Shown here in pieces: positions 14,294 through 27,873 of a stretch of 64,000 bases of DNA. The translations under genes were made by a program, and so were the position numbers. The notes beneath the pieces are model-generated. The model did no database searches. It was given only the letters and a program-made list of their open reading frames with translations, and was not told the origin of the DNA. Location: positions 22,072,001-22,136,000 of the forward strand of contig NC_092353.1 of the NCBI RefSeq assembly GCF_963676685.1, written 5' to 3'. The first letter of the stretch is position 1, and each line of letters starts with the position of its first letter. Source of the stretch: Mytilus edulis. Taxonomy: Eukaryota.

Positions 14294-16284
14294 ATAATTA
14301 ATGTGTATCTAGTCACTTTCACAATTCAAAAATGACCCCATAAATCTTTGTTTTTATTATAATTAAAGGATATTTGTTTATTAAAAAATAAAATAAGATT
14401 TTGATTTCAATTTTGTGAATTTTTGTCATTTCGAAGTCTTTTAAACCCTGATATACTCAATGGGATTCCTTGATTTTTTTAAGGCCTTATGGTGACCTAT
14501 AGGTGTTTTTTTTTGTCTCCGATGGAGAATTGTCTCATTGGATATCAAACCACATATTCTTATTTTGAAATTGAGTAAATCAAAAGCTAAATTAACCAAT
14601 GTATTTAGCTGTTAGTATATTTTGTACCCTGTAACTATCCTTTGGTTGCTTGTGTCTATCTTTAAATCAATGTATGTCCACCAAAACCCCCCTGTATGTA
14701 CATTTAATATAGATATTCAATTAAGTGCAATTTATTAAATTGATAAGAGCTATATCAATATATTTTAAATTGCAGATATTATTTACACAAACTTAAAGTA
14801 ATATTGTTCTTTGAAAATATGATACTTGAAGAGAGATACATAATAGGTCAATACAAACATCTGTCCTGTCAAAAACCTACTTATAATGGAAATCTATAAG
14901 AGAACAGTAACATGTAATACATGTCATTAATAACTTGGTGTAAATTATTATCAAAACATAAAAGGAAGTGTTTGAAAATTGCATTTACTGTTATAATAAT
15001 GACGTAATAAGACACGTAAGGTGCACAAATCAATGCCTTGTGTCCCAGTGGAAAAAAAGAGGTGGACTTTAAAAGTGTACACCAATAGAAAACATTATAA
15101 TGAATTATGTATACATTTAACATATACTGTAAATAAATCAAAATGTTTTAATATGAATGTCTAATTAAAGGAAGTAATATGCTTGAGACAATGGTAGAAA
15201 ACTTGTTCATTGGTGCAGAAAACGTGACCTTACGCTATGAAATTTGTAAAACCTAATGGCATGCTTATAAATTCATTCAAAACTGTGTGAACGCAACTTT
15301 ATAACCAAACATAAACTTCCTATTTTTAAAGCAACTAGTGAGTTTTAATTGATTATATTTGTTCATGATTTAAAATTAATTTTACTTAAAGTATATGTAA
15401 ATTAAATACGTTTCATCCATAGTTAACCGATGTTCAAACATTGACTGAAACAGATTATTGTACGAAAAAGTAAAATCACAAAAATACCAAACTCTGAGTT
15501 ATATTCAAAACGGAAAGTCCCTAATCAAATTGCAAACTCAAAAGTTTAAACACATCAACCAAATGGATAACAACTGTCATCATTCTGACTTTGTATAGGC
15601 ATTTTTAAAATGTAGCAACTTAATTAAAATACTACAAATAATGAATGTGTTTGGATGTTTTTAATTTTTCGAACATTGATATTTCTTATCGAACGTTGCA
15701 CCTTTCTGTTGAATAGAAGCGATTGAGGAATATGACGTTTTTAGAATTTTGAAGTCTTAAATGTAAAATGTCATTAAATTCGGGACATCAGTTCCCCCAT
15801 AAAAAATGTCCGATACAAAGAAAAAATAATGGAAATATTCATTATATGGTACTCATCTTATATTTACAGATTCTGTAAGGAAGCTGCAAAATGTAATACG
15901 TGTAACATGATTATGACACGATGAAAATATCAATACTTTTGGTCATTTATAAAAACGTCAAAGATATCTATGACATGTTTACCAAAACAAAGATATCAAA
16001 TTAAAGGTTAATAATGCATCGGGGGTCTTTGATATATAAAACTGTTCAATAATAGAATGTATGAAACCTTATACATTTGCCATGTCAAAACAACATTGTT
16101 ATGAAGTATATACATATCTATGAATAGTATTGCACTACAGCCAGGTCGAATATTACATTGTCTTGTTTTCGTGTCATAAACATAATACTAGAGTTTGAAA
16201 GGACGATATTGTACGGCTAACTTTGGCACTTTAAATTTAAAAATAACAAAATATATTCAATCTAAAAGAAACAAGATATTCCGA

Positions 16285-16900
16285 AATAGTATAGATTAAA
16301 ATTTATTCTAAAACCAGTTGTTGTCATGATTACGGGTTTTTATATGTTCTTCTCAGATATTTTATGATGGTTTGATACTAAACCCCTAACTAGAGGGATT
16401 ATAAATGATTTTCATATGATGAAGACATAAACTTTCACTCAATTTAATTCAGGGATGGAGCTGGCTTGTCAGTAACTGCTATAAGTCCTTTGTTAATTTG
16501 TATATCATTGTCATTTTGCTTAGTTTCTTTTGTAACCTGTTCTGGTATTGGACTTCTTTTAAACTGAGTTTTACTGTGCGTATTGCTATGTTTTTCCTTA
16601 TTCTTCTTGGCTGGAGGTATTGGAGAAATGTTGAGATCTTCCAAAACTTTTTAAACCCGACCGCATGTTTGCGTCTGTCCCGAGTCAGGTGCCTCTGTCC
16701 TTTTTAGTCTTGTATTTTGTTTTTAATTTTTATTTCATTATATGTTTCGGAGTTTAGTTTGACGACTGAACTAGTACACCAACACTTTATCTATCTTTAT
16801 TTTATCTAGGGACCAGGCGAAGACCACCTCCTGGTGCTGGATTTCCTCACTACGTTGAAGACCCATTGGTGACCCTCGGCTATTGTCTGCTCTTTGGTTT
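16285..16900 (+). mobile_element. PLE family B 3'UTR copy (diverged)
   Basis: Colinear with 23820-24400 (ATTTATTCTAAAACCAGTTGTTG...GAAGACCCATTGGTGACC). Confidence 0.75.
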
Positions 16901-17379
16901 TTTTCTCCAATTTACATTAGTTTGTCAGATATTAGTCATACACATTAGATTTTTTGAAAGAACACATATTTTTTCATATGAAGTTTTGATGTAAGAGAAC
17001 AACGTTTGTGGTTATCTCTGTAACTCATATTTATATATAAGTTCACGTGACAGTAGTTTACCGATGTTCAAATATCGTAATGCGATGTGACCAATCAATT
17101 TAACACACACAACCGCTGAGAGAATCGCATCGAACTCCGACTCAGGCGTCCCTCACTATGCCAACTAACATAAGTCAAACTTGTCTTAAAAAGAAACATT
17201 TTGGGATGACATTTACTTGCTGTCATATATGACATTACTGATTCAAATGAGCATACTTCATTAACAAATTAATTCATGTCTAATATTTTCCTGATTTAAA
17301 AACAAAATTTCGTTTTGCGAGTTCAGAGGTCAAATAGTTTATCTTGTGGTGCTTACTCCTTTGAAACGATAGAAAGTAT

Positions 17380-17657
17380 ATAATTATAGATTATCGTTGG
17401 TTATCTCAACGAGATTGATTTTCTCGCTTGAGCCGGTCACGGCGAAACAGAGAAAAGCAATCGAGTTGAGATGACAAATGATAATTTGTTTATCGCTATT
17501 TTACCTATGACGACGTTGTCAATTTTATGTCAATTTCATTAGCACTGCCACGTGGCTCCTTAGTTTCTAGCGATAATTTTCCATCTCAAGCGAATAGCAT
17601 GATATGAAAAATTATCACAACAAAAGATCAAAGGAAAAATGCACAAAATAGCGATAA
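17380..17657. repeat. Palindromic-head small element
   Basis: Hairpin 17389-17487 around a GC-rich centre, followed by a body bounded by TTATCGCTATTTT...AAAATAGCGATAA. Confidence 0.7.
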
Positions 17658-18748
17658 TGCATTTTATTTCGTATTTGTTGAACAGTAGCAAGTTGTATAC
17701 TTAGTAAATACTTACTAATTTTCTTATGGATCATTATGTTAGTATACATTTGATATATATTATTCGATAGAACACTAAAGTGGCTTAGTACAAAATTGCA
17801 GTACATAAACCATATTGACTTTTCTGAGTTCTCTTTCTGTTTTGTTTTGATAATTTTGCCTTAAAAATTAGACTATTTCCAAATATTATTCTTTCAAATC
17901 TATTTTTATTTTGAAGTTTAATGTTATCTTAATTGACGGACAGTTGACACTATCACCCTTCTGCTTACTAGCAACCTCGAATGATAACTTATGCAAAGTG
18001 CATGTTGAACAAGATCAATTTAGATACTCCTTTTTGTGGTCACCGCCAGTTTTAGAGGGGTTCATATAGGTAAGTCTTGTTTTCTTTATATTGGTTTGTA
18101 GACTGTTGTTTATCACTTTGAAGTTTTAAATGTTATTACGTTGTCGGTCTCCCTTTTACATATGAGCTTTTGAGCTTAAATTGTTCCTTTATTATCTTCT
18201 GTTTCTGTTTTGTCCATGTAAACAACAAAACTTAAAGAAACAATTGTAATGGTCATCGCAATAATTACATTATGAACAATTTAAACTTCAGAACTTTTGG
18301 AATTACAAAGACTGTACAAAAATATGATAATGTAGCCTGACAGAGAGCAAAACCCTTTTTTTTGTTATTTTATGTATTAGATCTCTAAGCAACATATACC
18401 CTCATCTCCTTTTGTCCTATTTGCCAATAAGTCGATTGGATTGCAGAGATGTATTTTCTTACTAAAACACGAGAAAGAGAGATTTTAAATCAAATGTAAG
18501 TATCCGCCAACCATCTTTACTTTCAAGAGACTAGTATTTATTTTTAGCAATCGGAATTTCTATTCTAAAGCATTGTGGCAGTGTACCTCTGTGACTTTTG
18601 TATAAAATATCACACTGAGAATCTCATGCCGAGCAATAGACAACGGTCTACAACAACAACAATACATGTGAAACTTGATACTCCGAAGGGAAATCATTTC
18701 ATTGTTCTTGCTCACAACAAACTAATAATCAAGTAAAAGATATGTCAT

Positions 18749-18789
18749 TACCCCATGCTGACTTTGTTTATATTCCTAAATAGTATAAA
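18749..18789 (+). promoter_or_regulatory. Putative core promoter of gene 1 (TACCCCAT motif + TATA box)
   Basis: TACCCCATG at 18749 and TATAAA at 18784, about 90 bp upstream of the ATG. The same arrangement occurs at genes 3 and 4. Confidence 0.5.
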
Positions 18790-18875
18790 TAAGGACTGAA
18801 ATATAACGTATCTTCATAAATATTTTTACATTGAAAACACACGCATCAAACAGAATAGTCTTCAAAAGTCTGATA

Positions 18876-19520
18876 ATGGAATACCAATACGAAGCAGCAA
18901 CAGAAAGAGTTAGCGAGGCACTGGAAACCGTGAAATATGATCTGGTAAGATTTTCATGTAAATGTTCTTCTAATCAAATTGCTACGATAACGCTTAAACT
19001 TACTATCAGTTTCCAGTTATTATTTAAAAAAAAAACAAATATATTAAATTAAAGTTAAAAAGTAACAATTAAAAAAAATGCCTTAATATGTGTTTCTTTA
19101 TGCTGTATTCCTTATGTGCTAAAAAGCTTATTTACGGTTTATATTTAATCTTTTCAGATGAAAGTCAGAAATCAGGATGATCAACTTATGAGGCAACTCT
19201 TAAATATCAACGCAACTATAAAGAAGTTGACAACGAGGGGCGCTAAACCATCTAAAAGATGCAGTCAGCTGTTCTGCTCATGTGGTAATACAAACTGCGG
19301 AGGAAAGAGAATCATTTCTGCATCAGACATGCGTAAAATTGATACACCGATGCCACTTAAAGGAACACTTGCAGCATTCAGAGCTCTGTCTATTAATAGC
19401 ACTGGCTCAGGTTCAGACTACGGATCTTCAGATGACGAGATTAACGATTTTTCTGACAGCGATTGTGACGTGTTTGTAGACAAAACATCAAACGATGAAA
19501 ATGTATTTGACCACGTTTGA
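18876..19520 (+). CDS. Cluster gene 1: FAM167/LURAP-like coiled-coil adaptor, 143 aa; exons 18876-18944 and 19158-19520
   Basis: ATG at 18876 (MEYQYEAATERVSEALETVKYDL). Donor CTG|GTAAGA at 18945 and acceptor TTTTCAG|ATG at 19157 join in phase 0 to give ...KYDL-MKVRNQDDQLMRQLLNINATIKKL, homologous to five neighbours. TATAAA at 18784. Confidence 0.85.
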
Positions 19521-21823
19521 ACATTATTACATTTGATTAACATGGATCAAATATTAATACTACATAAGTACCAACTAACTGTTATGAAAGTATGCAGACT
19601 GCGTCGAAAATAAGATACTTTACTTCGCAGGGGAATGGTTTACGATTATAAACCTAAAATCCAGGAATATAGAAGAGAGACAAGGCACCGACATTATAAA
19701 TATGCTCTTAGTGTTTATGAAGACATAAGAGGATTAGAAATTGAATGAACTACAACAAAAAACAATGACAATGTGCAACCAGAAGCACAATTTGAACATA
19801 TGAGACATTAACTGTAAATGTCTGTTCTAAAATAATAAAATCTAAAGATGTACTTTATCGTTTGTACTTATATATAAACATATTTGTTTGATATAGTGTA
19901 AGCGATGTCTTCAATTATAAAACAAAAAAAAAAGGTTTGAACAAAGTAAGCGATTGTTATCTACACATACTTCTGTCTATAAATATGCTAAAATCAAGAT
20001 AACTGAAATGTTACGTAAAATAAAACCTACACATGGTTAAAATACCCTTGAAAATGGAGAATATGCAGTTGCTGTTCCCGACTTAAAAAATTGCGTTCTA
20101 CTAAGAAATAATTTTCACTTAAAACAGACTGTTCTAAATCCTTAGTTCTTCTAAAATATATTACTTGCATAATTCTGAATCCTTCAACAACTCTTCATCT
20201 CTAGGATTCGATTTGGGCTGTTAAGAACATTACATTTTGTGAAATTATACGAGTTTAATTCAGAGATTCAAAACTATCAGTTGTCGTATGAGCCGTTCTG
20301 GTAGTCCTTGTAATCAAGGTTTTGGTTTGTTCTCAGTTTCATTACATTTACTGAATTTCCGGGCAGTACTGTTTCTCTTCTTATAAAATAAGTAATTGTG
20401 GTATGATTGTCATTGACACTATCCATGAAAGTTCAAATAACATGAATTGAAGCAATTGAAGGTTAATTTGGTTAATATATGCTTGATTGTCCTTTTCTGA
20501 TAAGTTTATTTCATGCAAATTTAATAACTGTGTGTTTTGTTATTGGGTTGTTTTCGCAAATATCCAGCATCATCGAAAAGGTGTATGTTTTGAAATTAAC
20601 AGTTTGTTCATGAAAATGCACTAAAATCGAACATCTGCTTACAAAGATAGAATTGTCTGTAAAAAAAACCAAAATGCATATTTCGTATATCCAGAAAATC
20701 AATATCTTGCTCGATATTTTTAGAGACGGATATATTTTTTGGAAGAAAGAAATTTTTTAGTTTAAACATATTTTATTGTTCAAATATGACATACGAATTA
20801 GAGAATTATACTAAAGTTTTTTTTTAACTTAGTAACGTCTTCTCCGAAAAAAAAGAATATTGGAAACATCAACCAATTCCTTATGATGAAGGTCGGAAAA
20901 TGGAAAATGATAAAAGACAGCATTCTACAAATGAACAAGCTACAAAGAACACCAATAAATATATTAGAAATAATATTTTAATTTCGAGCGCTATTAATAC
21001 ACTATTATTATATTTATCCCATGACCCTATAATGGTTAAGTATTTACGTAACGTACATTTCGACTTTAATTTTCGACCCCTTACTTTCAATGTCTCCCAT
21101 GGTCGTATCAATTTCATCGTGGAATTTCAATGCAGGAGATATGTAAAGAAAAAGCATTTTATGGAAATCTGGCAACCTTTCATTTTACTGCCAATTTGGT
21201 TTTTTAAGATCAATATGTATATAACTAGAATTAGAATTGCAAAAAAAAACCCATTTCTGTCAAGAAAATTACAACCAAATAAAAAAAATAGGTCTATGTT
21301 TTGGTCTTGTCTATGATTTAGATGTTCCTGACTTGATTGTGTTAAAATGGGTATCATAATTAAAGAATACCTTCTTCAGATCACATTATATAAGATGTAT
21401 AAACAGAAGTTACAAAACTATTTCTTAACAACTTTGATGCGTAGTGTTTGCCTTCTGTATTTATAACAAAAACAAAACAAATAAACAAAAACAAAATCAA
21501 CAAAAATCAGTCATGTCCACTTATGAACAATCCAACATTGTTCAAATATTTAAATCACTTTTTTAAATAGAAATGCCATGTTTGATATTTCCAAAGATAG
21601 CAACTGTGTTGTCTTTTTTAACCTAAGTTATTCGTCGTGTGACTTAATTTCCCAAAGCAAATATCTGTAAAAAAAATGTAAGCAGGAGAGGTAATATTAG
21701 AAGCCCCGTTGTTTAAAGATTAAAAGTATTAAATGTTCGGCCTTTGTTTTCAGTTTGTCCACGTGACTGAAATCAATGTCATCGACATAATTGTACACTT
21801 TTTTTGTAATACAGTGTTAGACG

Positions 21824-23099
21824 ATGGAGCATAATGGTGCTGATAGAGTAAATATGGCTATTGCTACCCTACGCAATGATTTGGTAGGTTATATGTTTGA
21901 CGTTTGATATTTATGTGCTTCGTGGTATGTTTTATTATTTTTTTGTTCATTTATTGTTGATACTGTATAAAATTGAGCAGAATTGGAGAAAAAAAATTAA
22001 CGTGATGTTACTTTACTTATTGTTACTGAATTGTATTAAACGTATATCCTCACAAAACGTTACACAATTAGTACAAAACGCATCTAACGTTTGACAAAAT
22101 ACATTAAAATAATATAAATGATTTTGATATATAAAAGAAAAAACACGATTTTGATATCATTTTAGCTTGAGATGAGAAATCAAGATGTACAACTGATGAA
22201 ACAGCTATTACATATCAATGTAACGATACAGAAAATGACCAATGAACGACGTTATCAGTGGACTAAATCAAGTACCAATAATCATATACCAAAACGACAA
22301 CAAAGTGTGCCACCTTTTATGTGGCTTCACAAGGACTACATTGGATCTAGTTCAAGCTCTGAAGGTATGTTGTATGTAATGTTTTCATACACGATACTTG
22401 TAATATTAATTAATACATATAAATGTGCTTAATATTTCCAAATGAACAGTTGCATGTGTTCTAAACAATATTTGTTAATTTGCATACTCGATTTACCTAA
22501 ATTTATTGTTACCACAAATAACAAATAACAAGCAAAATTAATATTTGATATTTGATATTTTTAAGTATTAATGTAATGGAATAGATGATCCTTTATAATA
22601 AAATTTAAAAATGGAATTATTTTTCTGGAATATATATTCCACTTCAGAAACAACACTGTATTTTTGTATTGGGTTGTCTTTAAAAAAAAATACTTAAAAA
22701 AGCATCATATAAAGAATAAAGGACCAATATAAACATAATCCTACAACAATTACACTATGCTTAGAGATGCAGTATTGGAAACTTTCTTAAGTTGAGCAAA
22801 ATTATGTTAGTTTAAATGAACAAATTGTTGCAATTCTCATTCAAGCTAGCTAATATATCATGTGCACAGATTTTTTGGTAATGTAATGAATTTTTATTGC
22901 AGACACTTCAGAAGATATAAGTGATTATTCCGATACAGAAGATGAAACATTTTCCAAATCCAATGGTTTTCCGTTACGTAATAGCATAGTTTCTATTCTT
23001 CCTTTGAGTGACAATGAAGGCGATGAAAGTTCAGATGAAGAGATTCTTAAGACAAATATAAAATTATGGAAATTCTCCAGGTCTCATGATAATGATTGA
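21824..23099 (+). CDS. Cluster gene 2: FAM167/LURAP-like coiled-coil adaptor, 151 aa; exons 21824-21883, 22166-22364, 22903-23099
   Basis: MEHNGADRVNMAIATLRNDL|LEMRNQDVQLMKQLLHINVTIQKM...KRQQSVPP...SSSE|DTSED...DEEILKTNIKLWKFSRSHDND*. Canonical GT-AG introns (phase 0, then phase 1) and an open frame throughout. Confidence 0.85.
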
Positions 23100-23544
23100 A
23101 CACGTACCGTTATTAGTACAGACAACTGATCATAGACGTATCTGCTCAAGACAATTATGTACATCAAGGATATGTGTTTGAGAGATGCTACTCAAATGGT
23201 ATTTGTTACAAAGCGAAATAACAAATTCGAATGATACCAAAGTGGTCTACATGTACGTGCTGAGATATAGGACGGACTAAACGAAACGCTACCTCAATTC
23301 AACTTTCGATGAAAGCTCCAATAGCTGGATTTCTTGCAATAAAATCTAAAATAACTTCATAATGCTTTGGTTTTATTTTAGACTTCCTTTTCATCCAGGT
23401 TACTAAAACCTATATGATATCTACCTTATTTGTTCTAAACTTGTATCACTAGAAATAGCGACATTTACTAACGAATACATGTATACATTTTGTGCTGAAT
23501 TCCCTTCATTTGTTCCATGCAGTTTAGTGTTTCTTTGTATATAT

Positions 23545-24433
23545 TGTTTAAATTTTATCATCGGTATAAAGACATCATTCGTAAATATAGCTCAACATGC
23601 AGACTTCTAATACGTTCAGGTATTTCACATCCAATTTTTTATGGAAATATTCTTTATAAAGCACAAAGGTGTCAGTATTCACCTCAGAAACTTACAAAAC
23701 CTTTGAATAGACTTATTAAGAAGGGATATAATTACGATACTGTTGTCAAGTCATTAACGATTGCATATCTTGGCGTTAATATTGAGTCACTGATAAGGTC
23801 TTTGCATCGGAACTAAACACATTTATTCTAAAAACAGTTGTTGGCATGACACGGGTTATGTTCTTCTCATATATGTTATGATGGTATGATACTAAACCCC
23901 TAAGGGAAGGATTGTGCCTGATGTTCATATGATGAAATCATAATCTTTCAGTCAGTTTAATTGAAGTCTGGAGCTGGCATGTCAGTTAACTGCTAGTAGT
24001 CTGTTGTTATTTATGTATTATTGTCATTTTGTTTATTTTCTTTGGTTACATCTTCTGACATCAGACTCGGACTTCTCTTGAACTGAATTTTAATGTGCGT
24101 ATTGTTATGCGTTTACTTTTCTACATTGGTTAGAGGTATAGGGGGAGGGTTGAGATTTCACAAACATGTTTAACCCCGCCGCATTTTTGCGCCTGTCCCA
24201 AGTCAGGAGCCTCTAGCCTTTGTTAGTCTTGTATTATTTTAATTTTAGTTTCTTGTGTACAATTTGGAAATTAGTATGGCGTTCATTATCACTGGACTAG
24301 TATATATTTGTTTAGGGGCCAGCTGAGAGACGCCTCCGGATGCGGGAGTTTCTCGCTACATTGAAGACCTGTTGGGGACCCTCTTTTTTTATTTTTTATT
24401 TGGTCGGGTTGTTGTCTCTTTGACACATTCCTC
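23545..24433 (+). mobile_element. PLE family B, 5'-truncated (RT C-terminus and 3'UTR)
   Basis: KFYHRYKDII...GISHPIFYGNILYK...KKGYNY is a PLE-type RT C-terminus. The downstream ~600 bp recurs at 16285, 38425 and 48020. Confidence 0.8.
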
Positions 24434-27186
24434 ATTTCCATTCTCAATCTTATTTAGCATAGTTGGGGCATTTGTTTACAACATAATAGCACATTATATT
24501 CATATTTGTTTAGATCTTGTCACGTTTTAACCCTGAGCTTGTCTCGTCGACTGCAACAAAATACTGTTTTCTTCTTCAAGAACATGTATTCGACTTCTTG
24601 CTGTGTACTCCGGTGGTGTTTTTTTTTTCTCTTTGCTGACAAGGGTTTTCAGTTGATAAATGTTTTCGTACCATTATGGATTTAGAAATTTTATAGTAGT
24701 GAAAAAAATTAAGGATATGTGATATGATTGCAGTTGAGAAAGGTGTTTACCATAATTTTAATGAAAAAAGTAAAATGACAAAAGTACAACCTCCGCAAAA
24801 AGTTTAGAACGAACAGTCCTTGAACCAACGGCAAAATCAAAACCTCTCTAACACATTAAACGAATGGAAAAACTACTGTTATGTTCCTGACATAGATCAG
24901 GCGTTATCATATGTTAAATATGGTGGATGAAATCTGGTTTTATAGCTAACTAAACCATTATATTGAAAAAAATGTTTGAAAAGGATATAAGTAGTTGAAG
25001 GTTAATGTTCGGCCTCCATCAACGAGAAAATACAATCGGCTATAAAAGGCTCCGACATGAACAGATGTCGTGTAAAATTTCATTAAATAAACTTGCATGA
25101 AGGATGTGCCTTACATAATATAGTATAAAGAAATAGCAAGAAAAAGCGACTAACAAAACATGAATGTCAAAAAAGCATTAAAACATAGGGTATTTCGCGA
25201 CAAACAGCACAAGAAGTATATCATATAGTCAACTGTAAATGGTGCTGACAACAAGAAAAAAAATACAAAATACAAAATACAAAAATACAAAAACCAAACA
25301 AGTTTCAAACAATCATGAGAAGCGTAGCTTATCAATGACTTTCTTAAATGGAAAAAAAATCATTTATGAACTAGTATTTTTCCAGTAAGAATAAATGTTC
25401 CATTTCAAAATATGGTCATGATCTGGGTCAAGGTCAAATATTTGTATGCTACTAAACCAAAGCCAGATTTATAATTAGAAAAACGAAAATAGCAAATAGA
25501 CCACGTTTTTCAATATTACAAATATAAGTTTAAAGAGTTCTTATTAATTATAGTATTGTGAAAGGGAAGTGTATGGATCATGAACACATTAAATAGCTGG
25601 TTGTTCTATATGATAGGAATGCACACTAGGAGAGAAAATGATATAATAGTATATTATACACATGAAGACATATGGCAAATATTAGGGCCAATGTGTTCTT
25701 TGTGTTGTGTACTAGATACAATTATAGTATTTAACATCCTAGACCAGTAAGTCAGCAAGATGTATGAAATGTATTCTTATTTACAAATAATAACTAGAGT
25801 CTCATAACATGAAATCTAAATCATGCTAAATCAACTTTATACAAGTTAGTTCGCAGAGTTCATTATGCATGTGATGATCATTTCTTTTAATAATGATGTA
25901 CCAAGGTTTGGTCCTGAAAGTTATCTCTCGGTCTGTGAACTTCCGAGTTGTCATGTAAAACTGCGACTGCCAAAATTGCATCCAATGACATGTCCCCCCC
26001 TCAATATCATTCAAGGGTCTTATTTTACCTTCCATTTAAACAAAATGTAGAGATACACATCTTTTCGTGAAGTGGTTTTATTGAGTTTTGATATCAGATC
26101 GTAATTAAACATTGCAAATTTTTTAAATGACAGTATACATATAAGATATGAATGATTTCCAATGACACAACTCTCCAACAGAGACAAAAAACATTTGAAT
26201 TTCAACACAGCGAGAATATCGGACACCAGAGGCTTCTTTTGTTGATTTGTTTTCCATACGTTTGAAATGTTTCAGATTTTTATTTTTGTTGTTTTACATT
26301 GTTTTGTTTACTCTTGGTATCTTGTCTCCAGTCGTTAACTATTTCCTCTTGGTATATGTGTTCCCTTTGGTACACTACTTTTATCTTAATGTATCAGTGT
26401 ATCAAATTGAAACTAACTTCATATGTAATTTTTTTTATAAACAATAGCATGTGTGCTTAAGGTAAAATACTTGCCTGCACACAGTGTATAAAAGTCAAAA
26501 TATGATATAAATGCTTTTATTTAAAAGTTGTATAAGAGTCATACGGTCATATACATTTCAACTTGCTATTTAACTGCATATAATAAATAAAGACGCATTT
26601 GAAAAAATTAAGCAAGGAATCACTTCAGTTTGTAAAATTATAAAAAAAATCCCGATCATATTGTTTTATACATACGGATACATCATGAGCATTTATTCTT
26701 ATCAGGATGTAGAAAACTACATCGTAAACTATAATAATATACCTGCAACAAACGAAATATTAATGGGAATTTACATTGTTGTACGTGATGTCTCTATCCT
26801 TTCTACCTTCCCACAAATTAAATAAACAAATGTCATGTTACCCCTGCAGTATAAAAATATATCATAAAATCTGCATTTCGTGAGTATATATTTTATACAA
26901 ATTATTATTAAGGCGCTGTAGGGTAAAATATAAAATAATCAAGTAAAACATCACATTAAAATAAGGTGTGAAGCGATTAATTACATATCCGTAAACAGAT
27001 ATGTAATTATTAAACAAAAATGTACTAAATGTATATGTTTACTTTCAGAATCACACACTTTAACCTCTCGCCGATGGTAAGTGCTATTAGCCAAGGGGGT
27101 ATAATGACAATCGGGTTCCTGTTGGCCAACGAAATCGATAGTCTCAGAGGTGGCGAGTGAAATTTAATCATCCAAACAACTGAATA

Positions 27187-27224
27187 TACCCCATAGTGGT
27201 CTATTGTTCCTGAAAGTATAAAAG
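27187..27224 (+). promoter_or_regulatory. Putative core promoter of gene 3
   Basis: TACCCCATAG..CTATTGTT..TATAAAAG, with the TATA 88 bp upstream of the ATG. Confidence 0.6.
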
Positions 27225-27304
27225 GGGCAAATTTCTTCTAACTTGTTATTATTATATTTTACGTCTACATATACACGTCAAGAAAAAAACATTACAGAAG
27301 AACA

Positions 27305-27873
27305 ATGGCAAACGCTACAGAGAGAGTAAATACAGCTCTTGCTGCCTTGAGAACTGAGTTGAGTGACATGCGAAACCAAGATGTACAATTGATGAAACAA
27401 CTAATGAACATCAACAACAGCATTCAACAGCTGACAAAGAAACAAAAATCTACTAAAAGAAGTAAAGGATCAAAAAGTCAGAAAACAAACTTCAGAGAAA
27501 TGATCCGAACATCAACACTCAGCAAAATTGATGAAGGTAATTATCGTTCAATATCTATACTTCAATAAAATAAAAAAAAATTAAAAAAAAGATAAGAATT
27601 AAAAACATTTTATCAATCAACTTTTTAATTTACTAATATATGATAATGTAAACATTCATTTTATACTTTATATTGAAAAATAATTATGAAAAAAATATTA
27701 AAATTATATTTAAAAGAACTGTGACTTAATAGTTGTCTCTATTTCTATTTTCAGATACTACAACAAGCTCATCTGAAAGTGACTATGAAAGCGATACAAG
27801 TTCAGATGAAGAAATCTTCAGAACAAACGTTAAATTGTGGAAATATTCACAGTCATCGGAAGACAGTGATTAG
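27305..27873 (+). CDS. Cluster gene 3: FAM167/LURAP-like coiled-coil adaptor, 116 aa; exons 27305-27536 and 27755-27873
   Basis: MANATERVNTALAALRTELSDMRNQDVQLMKQLMNINNSIQQL...TLSKIDE|DTTT...DEEIFRTNVKLWKYSQSSEDSD*. Donor GAAG|GTAATT, acceptor TTTTCAG|AT. TATAAA at 27217. Confidence 0.9.

Noticed and set aside
20881-21357. Overlapping ORFs including 138 aa at 20900
   Set aside because: AT-rich composition bias, with no motifs, splice context or paralogy.
23925-24010. Possible SECIS element in the PLE family B 3'UTR
   Set aside because: A small stem-loop is present, but I could not place the canonical AUGA/GA quartet and apical AA. It needs SECISearch.
27807-27850. PP1 RVxF or Atg8 LIR interpretation of the NVKLWK motif
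   Set aside because: The spacing fits neither [RK]x0-1[VI]x[FW] nor [WFY]xx[LIV].
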